Source: Babesia bigemina
Lineage: Eukaryota
DNA: 46,759 bases
Direction: 5' to 3'
NCBI RefSeq assembly: GCF_000981445.1
Contig: NC_027218.1
Span: 3,472,001 to 3,518,759, forward strand
This document shows, in pieces, positions 9,301-19,364 of this stretch (positions are counted from its first letter, which is position 1; each line of letters starts with the position of its first letter). The notes beneath the pieces were generated by a model, which worked only from the letters and a program-made list of their open reading frames with translations, was not told where the DNA came from and searched no databases. A program made the position numbers and the translations under genes.

Positions 9301-12102
9301 GACACTGCCTTCCATGGTGGCACTTTGGCCAACCTTGTTTGTCAAAAATTCATTAATTCTGTTGTGCAGTTTATCAGTTTGTTGTTGGATATCGGATATC
9401 CCATCAGATGAGCCGGCATCTGTGCTGTGAGTTATTGGAGTTTGCAGCTTCTGCATCTCAAGCTTTACTTCCTTAAGAGTATGCTTAAAACCTGCAGTTG
9501 TGCCATCAATAAGCTCTGTTATTTTTGTGTGCAGTTTATCAAACGCTTTATTGGCCGTTTCTTTAAGCAGCGTCTCTAGTTTGTTGTCAAATTGGTCGCT
9601 GGTTACCTTGGCCTTGATTGCCACGACTTTATTGACAAGGTCACCTTCAATGGGGAGAACGTTTTCGGCACCAATGGTTTGCTTAATGCCATTGTTAATA
9701 TTATCATGGAGGTTTTTAATTTGTGCGTGAACGAGACCTAACGCCACATCAATTTTGTACCCGTGGTCCGGTGTACCGAGAATTATATCTGTGTCCTCCA
9801 CATTGTTAAATTGTTTTCCAATGTCTACAGTTTGCGTTATAGCCTGCGTCAGATTACTAATCTTCAACACACCTACGAAACGCTGAAGTTCCGGTGCAGC
9901 TTGCTTGAATCTGTTTATTACAGAGTTCACAATGCCTTTAACTGCAGCTGTAAGATTTATGTCAGCATCTGTGTGAGCGACACTGGAACCGGATGTTTTC
10001 AATAATTTATCAATGGCCTTGACTGCCAACTCAATTGTTCCGTTCCCATCGGTATCCTCAAATTCAGACTCTAACTTTACAGAAAAGCTTGCATATTTCT
10101 CTGCAATGTTACTAACATTTGCATTATCCAATGCAGCTGCTACAGCGGCACTTTCAATATGGGTGTTGATGAAATCTGGAAGGTTGTTTGTAATCACGGA
10201 TTTAACGTTCCGTATTTTTGAAGGTCTGTCACCACCCTCAAGCTTCCTATCGTTGTTTAGTACATACTCAAATATTTTACCATATATTGCTCCATCATTC
10301 ACAAGTTCACCAATCCATGGCTTAAGAACAGCGACGAACTTCCCGCTGCCGAAACCTTCCGCATACGACCTGATGCCATTGACAATCTGCGTAAGACTTG
10401 AACCGCCGGGACTTGTTAATGTATCGACGAATCCCGTAAGCTCATCTTTCAACGCATCCCAATTGTGATATATGCTTGAATCTTCTGGCTTAGTGTGTCC
10501 CGCTTTTTTATCTCCGACATGCTGCTTAATACGACTCACTTGCCCCTCAATTTCTTCAAGAATGATCTTCACATGCCCTTTAACATTCGTTTCAATGACA
10601 TCTATGACTCCGTCAATTCGCTGTGCCAAGTTCCATGGATCATCACCATCGCCGTTTTTAAAATGCTCCAACGTTGTCCTTCGCATCTTCTCCTTGACCG
10701 TTGTGTCACTTTGTCTAAGCACCTGCATACGTTGATCCAAATATTCCACCAACTTCTTAATGGTCTTTTTTTCTCCTAGAACATCATCCTTAAGCTTATT
10801 TGCAGCCGCCAAAATACCTTCAACTTCTGGAACAAATTGTCCTTTGTACCTATCCAGAAGATTGGCCAACCCACCGCTTACCGTGTTGAAATGCCACTGG
10901 AGTCCGTCGTCGACAGACTTCTGTAGGTCGTAAAGTTGCTTTGATTTCATATTAAAAAGCTTTCCATAAAGTCCTCTGATCCACACATCTAATAAGTCTT
11001 GAAGCCACTTCCTTCTAGCATTAACAATTTCTTCGACATGCTGAAGCATGGCGTTCCACTTACTACCCGCCTCTTCATACATGTCCTTCAAGTCCTCGTT
11101 CCTAGCCGCCTCTTCGAACGTTCCCGTGGCCTGAACCAGCAATGAAATGTTACAATTTAACTTACCTAATAGCGTAGGATCAATGTGTTTTAAAGCCTTT
11201 TCGGCCTGGTCGGCAAGACTAACGTACCTCCCAGCTCGCTCAGTCCATTCCTTTACCTGCGTAATAAGGTTTTTGTCTTTTTCTTTTTCTATCTCATTTT
11301 TATCGCGTTCAACTAGATTTTTCATGACCTCTATGGGCTCTACAACTGCAGTAATTTTATTGTTCACCTCCCTCTCATACCCCTCCAACCACCCCTTCAC
11401 CGCGTCGACAGACGCCGCAAGCCCTTCACGACCGGAGCCAATTGAAGATTGTAATTTCTTAATAACTGTATTAATGTTATTACTCTCATTTTTATCATAA
11501 GTTGTCACTTCATTTTCGTTTTTCACCGCGCCAAGCACACCACTCAGAAATCCCATCACCCCGTCACACAGCCTATCCAGGTCAGAGTACACAATGCCAG
11601 TGCCATCGTAGCCTTTGGAGTCTTTGTTGAAGCCGAGGAAAGTCTCGATGCCAGAACAAAGATTCTCTAAGAGGTTTTTAGAAGGATTTTCACCACTTTT
11701 AAATTTACCATGAAATTCACAAAGCTTCTCCACTTTCTTCAAAGCCTCCAACTTGGAGTGCAATTCGGCTGAGTCAGCAGAGGGAGAGGGGGAAGGAAGA
11801 GAGTGATTATAGAGGTTATTAGGCTTACTAAGTATATCTTCAAGACGCTGAATTTCTTTACTAACTCGCTCACTAAGCTCACTAATTTTCTGGGTGTCAC
11901 CAGCCTGGACAGCAGAGTTGACAGACTCAGAAAGCTTAGTAACATGAGAAGAGTAATGATTTTTAAGGTCTTCATTACTGTTAATTTGGGCGATAATGGC
12001 ATATATAACGGCTTTCTTAACACTCTCACTTTGACCAACAAAAGCGCCAAGTTGACCAGCAAGGTGACCAAGGCTAATGAGCTTGGAGTCAATGTCCTCC
12101 AA
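6316..12102 (-). CDS. ves1: ves1/VESA1-like variant surface antigen, copy 2 (ORF start is TTG; first in-frame ATG at 11556)
   Basis: 1928-codon ORF with YSDLDRLCDGVM, a Cys-rich CQP/PCLTPLGFRGFSG domain, TM FSYLVLTLWLLSLLYLLHIMVI and the conserved tail ending RVFYLQP. Confidence 0.85.
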   Translation of the reverse strand: MEDIDSKLISLGHLAGQLGAFVGQSESVKKAVIYAIIAQINSNEDLKNHYSSHVTKLSESVNSAVQAGDTQKISELSERVSKEIQRLEDILSKPNNLYNHSLPSPSPSADSAELHSKLEALKKVEKLCEFHGKFKSGENPSKNLLENLCSGIETFLGFNKDSKGYDGTGIVYSDLDRLCDGVMGFLSGVLGAVKNENEVTTYDKNESNNINTVIKKLQSSIGSGREGLAASVDAVKGWLEGYEREVNNKITAVVEPIEVMKNLVERDKNEIEKEKDKNLITQVKEWTERAGRYVSLADQAEKALKHIDPTLLGKLNCNISLLVQATGTFEEAARNEDLKDMYEEAGSKWNAMLQHVEEIVNARRKWLQDLLDVWIRGLYGKLFNMKSKQLYDLQKSVDDGLQWHFNTVSGGLANLLDRYKGQFVPEVEGILAAANKLKDDVLGEKKTIKKLVEYLDQRMQVLRQSDTTVKEKMRRTTLEHFKNGDGDDPWNLAQRIDGVIDVIETNVKGHVKIILEEIEGQVSRIKQHVGDKKAGHTKPEDSSIYHNWDALKDELTGFVDTLTSPGGSSLTQIVNGIRSYAEGFGSGKFVAVLKPWIGELVNDGAIYGKIFEYVLNNDRKLEGGDRPSKIRNVKSVITNNLPDFINTHIESAAVAAALDNANVSNIAEKYASFSVKLESEFEDTDGNGTIELAVKAIDKLLKTSGSSVAHTDADINLTAAVKGIVNSVINRFKQAAPELQRFVGVLKISNLTQAITQTVDIGKQFNNVEDTDIILGTPDHGYKIDVALGLVHAQIKNLHDNINNGIKQTIGAENVLPIEGDLVNKVVAIKAKVTSDQFDNKLETLLKETANKAFDKLHTKITELIDGTTAGFKHTLKEVKLEMQKLQTPITHSTDAGSSDGISDIQQQTDKLHNRINEFLTNKVGQSATMEGSVYEALATLQKDIGKLGEQVTLVRANVSAVGKELEECMKYTDEMLRVTHDETEKSFNKLRHAVDIRIRQAFKELQEKAKMLYTARKRKQVTDLQKIVNKRFDKIEEIIKFDKQLGLKGYLSKLRSKFMPPLSSFTETLSPPRSAEKKLLDFSPIVKNSFKNIFDDLQKQLDLFPTTMRVNAISNALDTLLTSLTRYDHTFTKNLAKVKSEIDDFAQQTYANTAQKVSLSLVPGLRDFVKELEKAYVRVYDGHPDRIDFDNLVKKTGQIVDLSGPARWITVSTPDGTKLAKILLTIFNFIYEDIIRLINKCEDNWENKVLCISMKNEDNPLGLFLQRCGYLVAKREDSKDGETQCRTSITGQNMLAKFNEEISNVQVKAHLTACESNLTDEGEPKKQAPFNFADLLDCLLHHIDRYNEVCHYSTHFARRQPCSVYEMLIWLSGLPYSVARPALLQDGIGNLLDNANKKALADVDGISLLDHESSYLDANPRKITWYGITEALEILCSSSYDLLVSIAGTGDAGTIYGSDLCNNSFKFKYPASGEDCLDMLLDILRRLFPPLRFLQTQCSVSASHNGWLQCTYGRDVLPANWPCKEHPTDKSKCQPNCQVNSQPSCQPKSPLMSFLSDCHVGCLPHKLTSIGCRYECKTCPTNKPGMPCLTPLGFRGFSGSMRTGKDLCNVLAKFFGNPYLASFLCLAPKAPSTLPEHFSFTLSLVTGWNNHSKYDTQTLKKSIDKSISGVSIDLYKNASELTDAVSNAYSHCTAALPKCEDSHLMDLTSSSTCNKNQYSAPYLESLCADSYLYLANKHSNAYLSWILYLPWNFHKYLESLLAAFKDIFCNDWGCRSCLNGKCKKGEHGVLDNTCQCTSMVKCSGVMPILYRYGFAFQDAPTLDARKSAMKCFDFQTILFKVTRSNYFSKLFDECDMFLWRIREPFSYLVLTLWLLSLLYLLHIMVIRLDLLHIKSHLHSPSSHRIAAQSLLAAARVNKLNRVFYLQP

Positions 12103-12340
12103 GGCTCTTCTAGTAGCATCATCAGTAAGAGAATGGTCAGTATCAGCAAGTTATTATAAAGGTTTACAGAGGTCATAGCGTTAATAAGACGAGGTAATTC
12201 GAGGGATTTGGAGATAGGGTGAACATGATGGGATATGGCAGTGGCAAGAGGTGGAAGAGGGGAAGTGAAGGGTGACAAGGCAGGAGTTATTAGGATGGTT
12301 TATAGAGGTCATAGCGGTATTAAGGCGAGGTAATTCGAGG

Positions 12341-13273
12341 GATGTAGAGTGGATAAAGGGGCGATGTAGGGTGGGTTAAGGGGCGATGTAGAGTGGGTTA
12401 GGGAGCGATGAGGAGTGGATAAAGGGGCGATGTAGAGTGGATAAGGGGCGATGTAGAGTGGATAGAAAAGCGATGTAGAGTGGGTAGAGGAGCGATGTAG
12501 AGTGGGTAGAGGAGCGATGTAGAGTGGATAAGGGGCGATGTAGAGTGGATAAAGGGGCGATGTAGAGTGGATAGAGGAGCGATGTGGAGTAGGTAAAGGG
12601 GCGATGTAGAGTGGATAAAGGGGCGATGTAGAGTGGATAAAGGGGCGATGTAGAGTGGGTTAAGGGGCGATGTAGAGTGGGTTAGGGAGCGATGTAGAGT
12701 GGATAGAGTAGCGATGTAGAGTGGATTAAGGGGCGATGTAGAGTGGATAAAGGGGCGATGAAGGGTGGATTAGGGAGCGATGTAGAGTGGGTTAAGGGGC
12801 GATGTAGAGTGGATAAAGGGGCGATGCAGAGTGGATTAGGGAGCGATGTAGAGTGGGTTAAGGGGCGATGTAAAGTGGATAAAGGGGCGATGTAGAGTGG
12901 GTTAGGGAGCGATGTATAGTGGGTTAGGGAGCGATGGAGAGTGGATAAAGGGGTGATGTAGGGTGGATAAAGGAGCGATGTGGAGTGGATAAGGGGCGAT
13001 GTAGAGTGGGTTAAGGGGCGATGTAAGGTGGGTTAGGGAGCGATGTAGAGTGGGTTAGGGAGCGATGTGGAGTGGGTTAGGGAGCGATGTAGAGTGGGTT
13101 AGGGAGCGATGCGGAGTGGGTAAAGGAGCGATGTAGAGTGGGTTAGGGAGCGATGTAGAGTGGGTTAGGGAGCGATGTAGAGTGGGTAAAGGGGCGATGT
13201 AGAGTGGATAAGGGGCGATGTAGAGTGGATAAAGGAGCGATGTGGAGTGGATAAAGGAGCGATGTAGAGTGGA
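12341..13273. repeat. 22-bp array A, ~42 units
   Basis: Same unit as 5425-5790. Confidence 0.95.
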
Positions 13274-13294
13274 TGATAATCACCACTTAGGTCA

Positions 13295-13723
13295 CCATGT
13301 CATCGCTGCCGTGACCATGTCATCGCTGCCGTGACCATGTCATCGCTGCCGTGACCATGTCATCGCTGCCGTAACCATGTCATCGCTGCCGTAACCATCA
13401 ACTGTCATCGCTGCCGTAACCATCAACTGTAATCGCTGCCGTAACCATGTCATCGCTGCCGTAACCATCAACTGTCATCGCTGCCGTAACCATCAACTGT
13501 CATCGCTGCCGTAACCATCAACTGTAATCGCTGCCGTGACAATGTCATCGCTGCCGTGACCATGTCATCGCTGCCGTAACCATGTCATCGCTGCCGTGAC
13601 CATGTCATCGCTGCCGTAACCATGTCATCGCTGCCGTAACCATGTCATCGCTGCCGTTACCATGTCATCGCTGCCGTAACCATGTCATCGCTGCCGTAAC
13701 CATGTCATCGCTGCCGTGACCAT
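13295..13723. repeat. 20-bp array B, ~20 units including 25-bp variants
   Basis: CATGTCATCGCTGCCGT(G/A)AC and CATCAACTGTCATCGCTGCCGTAAC. Confidence 0.95.
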
Positions 13724-13727
13724 CAAC

Positions 13728-13826
13728 TTGGTCAGCACCTTGGTCAGCACCTTGGTCAGCACATTGGTCAGCACCTTGGTCAGCACATAGGTCATTACGT
13801 TGGTCAACACGTTGGTCAGCACTTTA
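13728..13826. repeat. 12-bp array C, ~8 units
   Basis: TTGGTCAGCACN repeats. Confidence 0.93.
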
Positions 13827-13947
13827 GTTAACTATTACACAACCACATACAACGTTTAATGAGTGATACAAAACATTAGATTACAATCCGTTAAATAGGT
13901 GAGTAGGTGATGCTAGGTGAGTGTGGATAGTAAACACGTGAGTACGA

Positions 13948-16900
13948 TTATGGTTGCAGATAAAACACTCTGTTAAGCTTGTTAACACGTGCGGCGGCGA
14001 GTAGTGATTGAGCGGCGATGCGATGTGATGAGGGACTATGTAGATGCGATTTGATGTGGAGGAGGTCGAGGCGGATGACCATGATGTGGAGGAGGTACAG
14101 GAAGGAGAAAAGCCAGAGGGCAAGGACAAGGTAGGAGAATGGTTCACGGATCTTCCACAGGAAGTTGTCACACTCTTCGAACAATCTCTCGAAATATTTC
14201 GAATGCAACACATTCTTCAACTGACTACAGAAATCGGAACACGTCTTCGGCGATGCCTTGTCATTCAGCGTCGACGCTTCACCAAAGACGAAACCATACT
14301 GGTAGAGCGTTGGTGCGACGCCCTTGCAGTCAACGATGGATCTGCATTGACAAATGGCAGATGGCTTATCTTCATCAACAACACCATGCTCCCCCTTCTT
14401 ACACTTATCACCACGAAGACATCCACGGCATCCCCAGTCCTGGCAGTTGATGGAGCAGAAGGCGTTGTAGAGATTGTTGAGTAGGTCCCAGAATGTCCAC
14501 GGGAGGTAGATGGACCAGGAGAGGTAGGTGTTGGATTGTTTCTTTGCAAGGTGATGATATGAATCGATGCATAGGGATGAGAGATAAGGAGCGCAGTTGA
14601 CATCCTTAACCGAACATGGTTTAGCTACCGCAAGACTTGACAAGTCAGCGTATACAGATAGATGTGGCTTATTGAGATGAGGAATATGCTTACTACCATA
14701 TGCGTCACGCAGTTTGTCGGTGAGCGTGCTGGGTGGCTCATATAGATTAATAGACCGGTCGGCGATGGATGCTTCAATGGACTGCTTAATGCTATGATTT
14801 CGTGTATCTGTCACATCACTCCACCCTTTTACAAAGGATAATGCAAAACCGAAGTGTTCCGGTAACGTAGATGGAGTTTTAGCTTGCAAGCTGAATAGGA
14901 CCTTAAGGTTGCCGTTGTCAAAGAATTTGCCTAGCACGTCACTTATGTCTCTGCCTTCACGCTTGGTCCCGGAGAAACCTCGGAATCCTAGGGGAGTGAG
15001 ACAGGGCATTCCAGGCGTGGATCTAGGGCAGGTAGTACATTTCGCTTTGCAGCCGATGTCAGTCAGGGCATGAGGTAAATGGCCAGGTAAGCAATCGTTA
15101 AGATAGGACATTAAAGGCGATTTTGGTTGGCAATTTGGTTCGCACTTTGCTTGACCATTTGGTTGGCACGTTACTTTAGTGCTAGAGTGTTCGTTACAGG
15201 GCCAGTTGGTTGTCTGTACGTCTTTGCCATAATGGCAACCTGCCCACCCGTACTCTCTCGCGGCGGTGCTGCACTGCGTCTCCAGGTATTTGAGCGGCGG
15301 GAACAATCTGCGGAGGATGTCGAGGAACATGTCAAGGCATTCCTCAGCCGACGTCGGATATCTGAACTTGAGCGAGTTGTTGCAGAAGTCTACGCCGTAC
15401 ATTGTGTATTCATCACCGTGACCGATGATGCGAGTCAGCACGTCATGCGATGTTGCGCAAATATGGTCGACGGCTGCGGTTATGTGGCCATATCGGATCT
15501 TACTCGGGAACACGTCCACGTAGTACGATGTCAAATCGTCATATTCAGCATCCAATTCCAATCCGTCGTCGCTCGCCTGTATTATCTTCTTCTTCGGCTT
15601 CTCCATCAGACCAGTAAAACCTTCGCGCAAAAACGTATTATAAATCAAACTGTAATTAAAGCCAGCGCACCAAACAAGCATCTCGTACACGGAACATGGA
15701 TTACGTTTGGCAGTGAAAGATGCCATGTGGCCGAGAGTATAGTACGTTTCCAGGTGGCAATGGAGGCACTTGAGAACGTCGAAGAAATCAAACTCGAGAG
15801 TTTTAATTTGTTTACCATCTGGATATTTATTTGTTTCACATTCAAGGAGATGGCTAACTTCTGCATCCTTGGTGAATTTTTGCTTCTTAAGTTTCAGTCG
15901 TATCTGATTTCCTGTCATCTTGTCACTGCGCTGCAGTTCACCGTCTTGCTTATCGCTATTGGAAACAACGTAACCACAATTCGCTAAAAATGTACCGAGA
16001 CCACTAATACGATGTATTTCTTTAGTACTCCATTGTACTTCACATTTCTTGCTTAGGTCAGTCAACCCATCCATCACCATCTCCACTATCGTCAGGCAGA
16101 CCTTGGCGCAGTTGCGGCCCTCAGGGGTTAAATCGTAATCAGGGGTGGAGGAGGCAGAAGGTGGATTTTTAGCAACGTTTTGATTCTTAGATGAAGGTTT
16201 AACTTCAAGCAATTTACCCATCTTCACCCCCGAGTACCTGTTCACGTACGCGTGGCCGAGTTGCTCGGTGAATTTGGAGAGGCCGGCCTTGAGGGGGGCG
16301 AGGAGGGGGGAGGGGTCACCAAACTTTTTGGGAGCGAAGTTGTTAAGGGCGTTTCGGAGGTCATTTAGGTTGGTGTTAAAGGTGTGGTCGAAGTGTTGGG
16401 AGTTACTGAGTTTGTCTAGCATATGCTTGAGTGCCAAACGGTAAGGCTCGAAAGCACTGTTAACTTTTTTGAAGTCATTTTGGTTTCTCAACTCGACGAT
16501 GAATTCGGTAAAACGGAGGCTAATTGACGCAGCAAACGCTTCTAATGACTTTTGGTGAACTGTTAGTTCAGATGGTTTGGGGCCTGAAGGTGATAAGTGT
16601 GTTGCATAGTGATTAATATGAATCACGAATGAGCTATTGATTTTTGCCAGGAAACCCTTGAAATTGTTTTTTGTATTTTTTGTGATGATGTCATCAATCT
16701 CAGTGATTTGGTCGTCAACAATTTTCTGCAGGGCGGCGACTTCCTGTGTCTTTCGCGCAGTGTAGAGGTCTTTGGCTGCTTGTTGAATATTCCGGAATGC
16801 TACTGTCATTTTTGCAAATATTTCATCACGGACGTTATTAATGAGCATTTTGACACCTTTAGGCAGTTCTGTGACAAGTTTTTCAGCATCTAATATACAA

Positions 16901-19128
16901 GTGGCAAGCTCAGTCTGTACGCTGTCGACATTCTCCTTAACTATGTTTACTTTTTGACGAAGCCCTGCAATGGTATTTTTCAATTCGTTCAATTTACCGT
17001 ATACCGTAAGTCCCTCTAATTGGTCATTAGATGTTCCAACGTTCACCTTCAATTCCTCAAGCGCATCATCAATTTTGTGCTTTAAGTCGTTGACCAGTTT
17101 TTCGAAGCCTACCACAGAATTCGGGATACCTTGAAGACCATGATTTGTTACATCTTGCATCTTCAAATGATTTTGACACCTGAGAACTTTTTCCTTAATA
17201 GCCCCAGCTATGTCACCAATCTCGTCAGTGACTTTAGTTTCAATGGCTCCTGTGATTGCCGTAACTAAATCTTTGGAATGCGACGAGACAGCTTTGGGGA
17301 TGTCGGCTAGGAAGGTAAGGAGTGATTGGAGTTCGTTTCCTTCGAGGGTGGTGGTATCAGTTCTACCAATTTTTTCGATAATCTTCTCGATTTCAGACAC
17401 AGTAGAGAATGTAGGTTTCGCACCTTTTAAACCGTCGACATAAACACCAAGATACTTATGAAGTTGGGCCTGCAGATTGTTAAGATCGGGAATGGATCCC
17501 GCATTTTTGCCTACTTCTTGAAGATTCGTCAGTGGTTCGTTCAGATGCAATTTTTCAACGGCATATGGAAAAATGTTATGCAATGCCTTCCCAATTTCTT
17601 CAATAGCCGTCTTTAAAGGTTTCATAATTTTGGAGTCCAGTTGGTTGAAATATGATACAAGCTCATCGAATGCTACGCCATCTGCAATGCCTCGGAGTAT
17701 GGATGTATCACTGCTGATCTTTTCAATACCCTCCAGAGTCTCAAGCCTCTCGATGTCATCATACACTATCTGTAGAGTCTGGTTGATCGCGCTGTGAGTG
17801 TGAGTAAACGCAATGTTCAGACTCTCCGAAGCCTCTCTAAGTTGACTGACTTGCTCAAATATCTGACTCTTATAACTACTTTGGACACCCTCAAAAGCGG
17901 AGTTAATCAATCCGAAAGCACGGCCAATATCTTCATTGATAACATTTTTTAATAACCCCAATTTTTCGGCGTTGAATTTCTTAAACTTTTCATGCAAATG
18001 GGTAAAATGTTTTCTTAAATACCATTGAATGGCTTTGTTCTTATTCTCGACAATTTCATATATCTCGTCAAGCACCTGCATCATTTGTGTTTCAGTCGTG
18101 TTATAGATATTCTCCAAATCTTTATTCATGGCGTCATCCAAGAAAATGGTCACACCCTGCAACACTAATTTAACGTTATGGTTTAACTTATCGAACAGTA
18201 GATTGTCTATCTTTTCCAAAGCTGTGTTCGCTTTCTGCGCCTTCTCAATATACCAAACTGCACGTCCGGTCCAGTTAGAAATTTGATCGGAAATATGAAA
18301 TTCTTCTTCTTCTCGTATTTTATTTTTGTGACGTTTTATTTCATCTTTGATACTTTCAATGGGATGTTTCACTTCATTTATTTTCTCACTTACCATACCT
18401 TCATACCCCTCCAACCACTCCTTCACCGCGCCGACAGACTCCACAAGCCCAGCACGCCCGGAGCCAATTTTACTATTTAATGTGCTAATAACTGTTTCAA
18501 GTTTATTAGTCATGTATTTATCATAAGTTGTCACTTCATTTTCATTTTTCACCGCCTCAAGCACAACACTCAAAAAAGCCATCACCCCGTCACACAGCCT
18601 ATCAAGGTCGGAGTAGACAATCCCACTGCCGTCGTAGCCTTTGGTCTCAGAGTTGAAGCCGAGGAAGGTTTCGAGGCCGGAACATAAATTAACAAGGATA
18701 TTTTTAGGCTCATTTGGATGATTCTTGAAATTCTCATAAAATTCACAAAGCTCCTTCACTTTCTCCAATGCCTCCAACTTGGACTGCAATTTGGCTGGGT
18801 CAGCAGAGGGAGAGGGGGAAGAAGGAGAGTTATTATTAAGGTTATTAGGCTTACTAAGTTGATCATTAAGACGCTGAATTTCTGCAGTAACTAACTTATT
18901 AAGCTCACTAATTTTCTTGGTGTCACCAGCCTGGACACCAGACTTGACAGACTCAGAAAGGGTAGTAACAAGAGAAGAGTAAACATTTTTAAGCTCTTCA
19001 GTACTGTTAATTTTAGCGATAATAGCATTCTTAACGGCTTTCTTAACACTGTCACTTTGACCAACAAATCCTCCAAGTTGGCCAGCCAGGTGACCAAGGC
19101 TAATGAGCTTGGAGTCAATGTCATTCAA
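13948..19128 (-). CDS. ves1: ves1/VESA1-like variant surface antigen, copy 3 (ORF start is TTG; first in-frame ATG at 18582)
   Basis: 1726-codon ORF with the same motifs, TM and tail as copy 2. Confidence 0.85.
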   Translation of the reverse strand: MNDIDSKLISLGHLAGQLGGFVGQSDSVKKAVKNAIIAKINSTEELKNVYSSLVTTLSESVKSGVQAGDTKKISELNKLVTAEIQRLNDQLSKPNNLNNNSPSSPSPSADPAKLQSKLEALEKVKELCEFYENFKNHPNEPKNILVNLCSGLETFLGFNSETKGYDGSGIVYSDLDRLCDGVMAFLSVVLEAVKNENEVTTYDKYMTNKLETVISTLNSKIGSGRAGLVESVGAVKEWLEGYEGMVSEKINEVKHPIESIKDEIKRHKNKIREEEEFHISDQISNWTGRAVWYIEKAQKANTALEKIDNLLFDKLNHNVKLVLQGVTIFLDDAMNKDLENIYNTTETQMMQVLDEIYEIVENKNKAIQWYLRKHFTHLHEKFKKFNAEKLGLLKNVINEDIGRAFGLINSAFEGVQSSYKSQIFEQVSQLREASESLNIAFTHTHSAINQTLQIVYDDIERLETLEGIEKISSDTSILRGIADGVAFDELVSYFNQLDSKIMKPLKTAIEEIGKALHNIFPYAVEKLHLNEPLTNLQEVGKNAGSIPDLNNLQAQLHKYLGVYVDGLKGAKPTFSTVSEIEKIIEKIGRTDTTTLEGNELQSLLTFLADIPKAVSSHSKDLVTAITGAIETKVTDEIGDIAGAIKEKVLRCQNHLKMQDVTNHGLQGIPNSVVGFEKLVNDLKHKIDDALEELKVNVGTSNDQLEGLTVYGKLNELKNTIAGLRQKVNIVKENVDSVQTELATCILDAEKLVTELPKGVKMLINNVRDEIFAKMTVAFRNIQQAAKDLYTARKTQEVAALQKIVDDQITEIDDIITKNTKNNFKGFLAKINSSFVIHINHYATHLSPSGPKPSELTVHQKSLEAFAASISLRFTEFIVELRNQNDFKKVNSAFEPYRLALKHMLDKLSNSQHFDHTFNTNLNDLRNALNNFAPKKFGDPSPLLAPLKAGLSKFTEQLGHAYVNRYSGVKMGKLLEVKPSSKNQNVAKNPPSASSTPDYDLTPEGRNCAKVCLTIVEMVMDGLTDLSKKCEVQWSTKEIHRISGLGTFLANCGYVVSNSDKQDGELQRSDKMTGNQIRLKLKKQKFTKDAEVSHLLECETNKYPDGKQIKTLEFDFFDVLKCLHCHLETYYTLGHMASFTAKRNPCSVYEMLVWCAGFNYSLIYNTFLREGFTGLMEKPKKKIIQASDDGLELDAEYDDLTSYYVDVFPSKIRYGHITAAVDHICATSHDVLTRIIGHGDEYTMYGVDFCNNSLKFRYPTSAEECLDMFLDILRRLFPPLKYLETQCSTAAREYGWAGCHYGKDVQTTNWPCNEHSSTKVTCQPNGQAKCEPNCQPKSPLMSYLNDCLPGHLPHALTDIGCKAKCTTCPRSTPGMPCLTPLGFRGFSGTKREGRDISDVLGKFFDNGNLKVLFSLQAKTPSTLPEHFGFALSFVKGWSDVTDTRNHSIKQSIEASIADRSINLYEPPSTLTDKLRDAYGSKHIPHLNKPHLSVYADLSSLAVAKPCSVKDVNCAPYLSSLCIDSYHHLAKKQSNTYLSWSIYLPWTFWDLLNNLYNAFCSINCQDWGCRGCLRGDKCKKGEHGVVDEDKPSAICQCRSIVDCKGVAPTLYQYGFVFGEASTLNDKASPKTCSDFCSQLKNVLHSKYFERLFEECDNFLWKIREPFSYLVLALWLFSFLYLLHIMVIRLDLLHIKSHLHSPSSHRIAAQSLLAAARVNKLNRVFYLQP

Positions 19129-19364
19129 GGCTCTTATAGTAGCATCGTCAGTGAGAAAATGGTCACTATCAACAAGTTATTAGGATGGTTTAAAGAGGTC
19201 ATAGCGTTAATAAGACAAGATAATTCGAGTGTTTTGGAAATAGGGTAAGATGATGGGACATGGCAGTGGCAAGAGGTGGAAGAGGGAAGTGAAGGGTGAC
19301 AAGGCACAAGTTATTATAATGGTGAAAGAAGGTCATAGCGGTATTATGGCAAGGTAATTCGGTG

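Noticed and set aside
12100..12102. TTG/GTG starts from the ORF track taken as true initiation codons
   Set aside because: These are bacterial-code starts and are unlikely in an apicomplexan nuclear gene
6316..12102. Ebh-like adhesin, myosin/SMC or transposase/reverse transcriptase identity
   Set aside because: The helical regions would give only low-complexity matches. No RT, integrase or DDE motifs, terminal inverted repeats or target-site duplications were seen.
12108..12145. Intron 3' end (TACTGAC branch-like, pyrimidine tract, CTAG) before copy 2
   Set aside because: The TAG is not conserved in copies 3 and 4 (ACTATAAG, ACTAAAAG), the region shows coding-type substitutions, and no upstream exon is evident. 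Not excluded without cDNA.
15127..15987. 286-aa and other + strand ORFs inside the large genes
   Set aside because: Antisense shadows of long CDSs, not conserved between paralogues and without recognisable motifs
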